This document shows positions 62,744-64,000 of a stretch of DNA of 64,000 nt, one piece after another. Position numbers and translations under genes: made by a program. Under the pieces are notes generated by a model. It was not told where the DNA came from, did not search any database, and saw only the letters and a program-made list of their open reading frames with translations. Each line of letters starts with the position of its first letter. The stretch's first letter is position 1. Source of the stretch: an uncultured Acidobacteriota bacterium (lineage in GTDB: Bacteria > Acidobacteriota > Terriglobia > Acidiferrales > UBA7541); NCBI GenBank assembly GCA_963696605.1, contig CAVOKV010000006.1, positions 86,786 to 150,785 on the forward strand, given 5' to 3'.

Positions 62744-62952
62744 GACAGGCTTCAGTGGCTGCGGAAAAACTCAAACCTCTGTCATTCTGAGCGAAGCGAA
62801 GAATCTCTCTTCGATTTAAGTATAAGAAAAAAACAAGGAGAGATTCTTCGCTTCGCTCAGAATGACAGAACAAGGCACTTTTTCCGCAACCTGTTCAGCC
62901 TGTCAGTTTAAGTTTAGCCTCTCCAAACTCGACAGGCTGAAGCCTGTCCTAC
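62740..62952. repeat. REPIN-like doublet J (family 1) with its left arm interrupted by a nested element
   Basis: GTAGGACAGGC-TTCAG | 138-bp insert | TTCAG-CCTGTC ... GACAGGC-TGAA-GCCTGTCCTAC (62931-62952). Confidence 0.85.
62756..62893. mobile_element. family-2 MITE-like element inserted into the loop of a family-1 hairpin
   Basis: 138 bp. Terminal inverted repeats (T)GGCTGCGGAAAAA / TTTTTCCGCAACC(TG). Perfect internal 29-bp inverted repeat GTCATTCTGAGCGAAGCGAAGAATCTCTC (62781-62809 / 62838-62866). Flanked by a direct TTCAG duplication (62751-62755 and 62894-62898). Confidence 0.7.
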
Positions 62953-62959
62953 CGAAACC

Positions 62960-64000
62960 TCAATTCCCGCTCTTCGACATGAGTTTCGCCGGAGCGCTTA
63001 CGCGCGCGGGTGGCGCCGCGCCCGCTCCAGCCTGAATTCCGTTCGGTCCAACGGCGAGCAGTGACTTGTCATTTTGCGGGCAAGACCAGCTCGAAACGCT
63101 CTTCAAATCGCCGCTGCCCTTGTAGTGCGCCTTCTCTGGAAATTTGCAGAGCGGCATGGTGCGGTCCACGGCGTTGTTCGTGGAATGCATGGCGGGAATT
63201 GCATCAGGAGCGTTGCCCTTTTCCACCCATTGTTCCAGGGCGCTCAAGGTGTCAAATGAGTTCGGCCCCGCACCCAAAACGCAGTGCTGCATTCCAGGCA
63301 CCATGAAGAGGCGCGCATTCTGCTGCACTTTTTCGTAGCCTCCGTTTTCCTGCGCGAGGTCTTCGTAGAACCAGATGCTGCTGTAGGGAGAAATAATCAG
63401 ATCGTCGTAGCCGTGGTAGATCAGCAGCTTTCCGCCTTTTGCGAAATAAGCCCCGAATGCCGAAGGGTCATCGGGAATATCCGCAGCCAGGCGCGTGTAC
63501 ACGAGGTTGAGCGCGTCGGTCTTCACCACACCGTTTTTCTCAATGGTGTTGTTCATGTCCTGGCCCGCGTCGTAGTAGCCCAGCTTCATCAAGATATTCT
63601 GGGCCAGAGACCAATTCGCCGGGACTGTGGCGTCGCCCCAGGGCTTGGCGGAAGTGGGATCGGCGGGCGGCGTCTCAAGATAGTTCGTTGCGCCGCGAAC
63701 TGTCATGTTGTCCTGTCCTAGATTGCCCACTGACGCTCCGGGATAAATCAATTTGCCCTGCTCGTCACGGACGGTGCTCATGATCAGTTTCAACGCGTCG
63801 GCCTGCTTCTGCGTGAGGGTTTCAGGCACCAGCGCGTCCGGTTGGAACGTGCACTTCGCGGGATTCTGGATCAGTCCGTCAGCCACTCCATCCACCTTGT
63901 CACACTGCTTCAGGATCGCGGCACTGACCGCCTGAAATTTCGTGGGAGGGATGTAAGCCTCGAGCAGCGCTTTTATGTTTTTCAAGCTCCACAGCGATGT
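62960..64000 (-). CDS. tannase/feruloyl esterase family alpha/beta hydrolase, C-terminal part (5' end beyond the window)
   Basis: The frame is open to base 64000. CDKVDGVADGLIQNPAKCTFQP lid-domain Cys pattern and LFMVPGMQHCVLGAGPNSFD...WVEKGNAP are typical of the family. Confidence 0.85.
   Translation of the reverse strand, partial: TSLWSLKNIKALLEAYIPPTKFQAVSAAILKQCDKVDGVADGLIQNPAKCTFQPDALVPETLTQKQADALKLIMSTVRDEQGKLIYPGASVGNLGQDNMTVRGATNYLETPPADPTSAKPWGDATVPANWSLAQNILMKLGYYDAGQDMNNTIEKNGVVKTDALNLVYTRLAADIPDDPSAFGAYFAKGGKLLIYHGYDDLIISPYSSIWFYEDLAQENGGYEKVQQNARLFMVPGMQHCVLGAGPNSFDTLSALEQWVEKGNAPDAIPAMHSTNNAVDRTMPLCKFPEKAHYKGSGDLKSVSSWSCPQNDKSLLAVGPNGIQAGAGAAPPARVSAPAKLMSKSGN

Noticed and set aside
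2181-62952. Possibility that the recurring hairpin repeats are a CRISPR array
   Set aside because: The copies are dispersed over 60 kb and occur in inverted pairs. They have no regular repeat-spacer periodicity and no cas genes, and their stems differ between copies.

Overview
A 64 kb, high-GC (about 60% from hand counts of sample lines) chromosomal segment. The gene content and repeat families suggest a soil Acidobacteriota (Terriglobia-like) organism, but this is inference only. I call about 57 protein genes, 1 tRNA and 1 frameshifted gene. I see no rRNA, CRISPR array, transposase or integrase. LEFT THIRD (1-16 kb, nearly all minus strand) is core: two APC amino-acid permeases, thiE, accC-accB, an M24 Xaa-Pro aminopeptidase, the type IV pilus alignment/secretin operon pilMNOPQ (with ATGA-type overlaps), a UbiD-family decarboxylase, tRNA-Gly(CCC) and a separately transcribed pilin gene with a strong terminator. 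MIDDLE AND RIGHT (16-64 kb) look accessory. They hold many exported hydrolases and propellers: three NHL/PAL-like paralogs, two CocE/NonD hydrolases, several amidohydrolases, several cupins, VOC, MBL, and a tannase/feruloyl esterase. There are two aromatic-acid themed clusters: MFS + UbiD, and MFS-SDR-aryl-AMP ligase-amidohydrolase_2-cupin-amidohydrolase_2. There is also a low-GC single-gene island encoding a 1140-aa RecB-like nuclease / SF1 helicase fusion, and a HupE/UreJ gene broken by a +1 frameshift. The most distinctive signal is non-coding. At least ten REPIN-like doublets (inverted pairs of GTAG-headed hairpins) fill intergenic gaps. Their stems covary between copies, and sometimes between the two arms of one copy. 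Several supply the TAG stop codon of the neighbouring gene. One carries a nested insertion of a second inverted-repeat (MITE-like) element flanked by a 5-bp duplication. No RAYT-type transposase is in the window. Many long ORFs in the supplied track are antisense or alternate-frame artefacts of high GC and were rejected. Several starts were re-placed using Shine-Dalgarno spacing.
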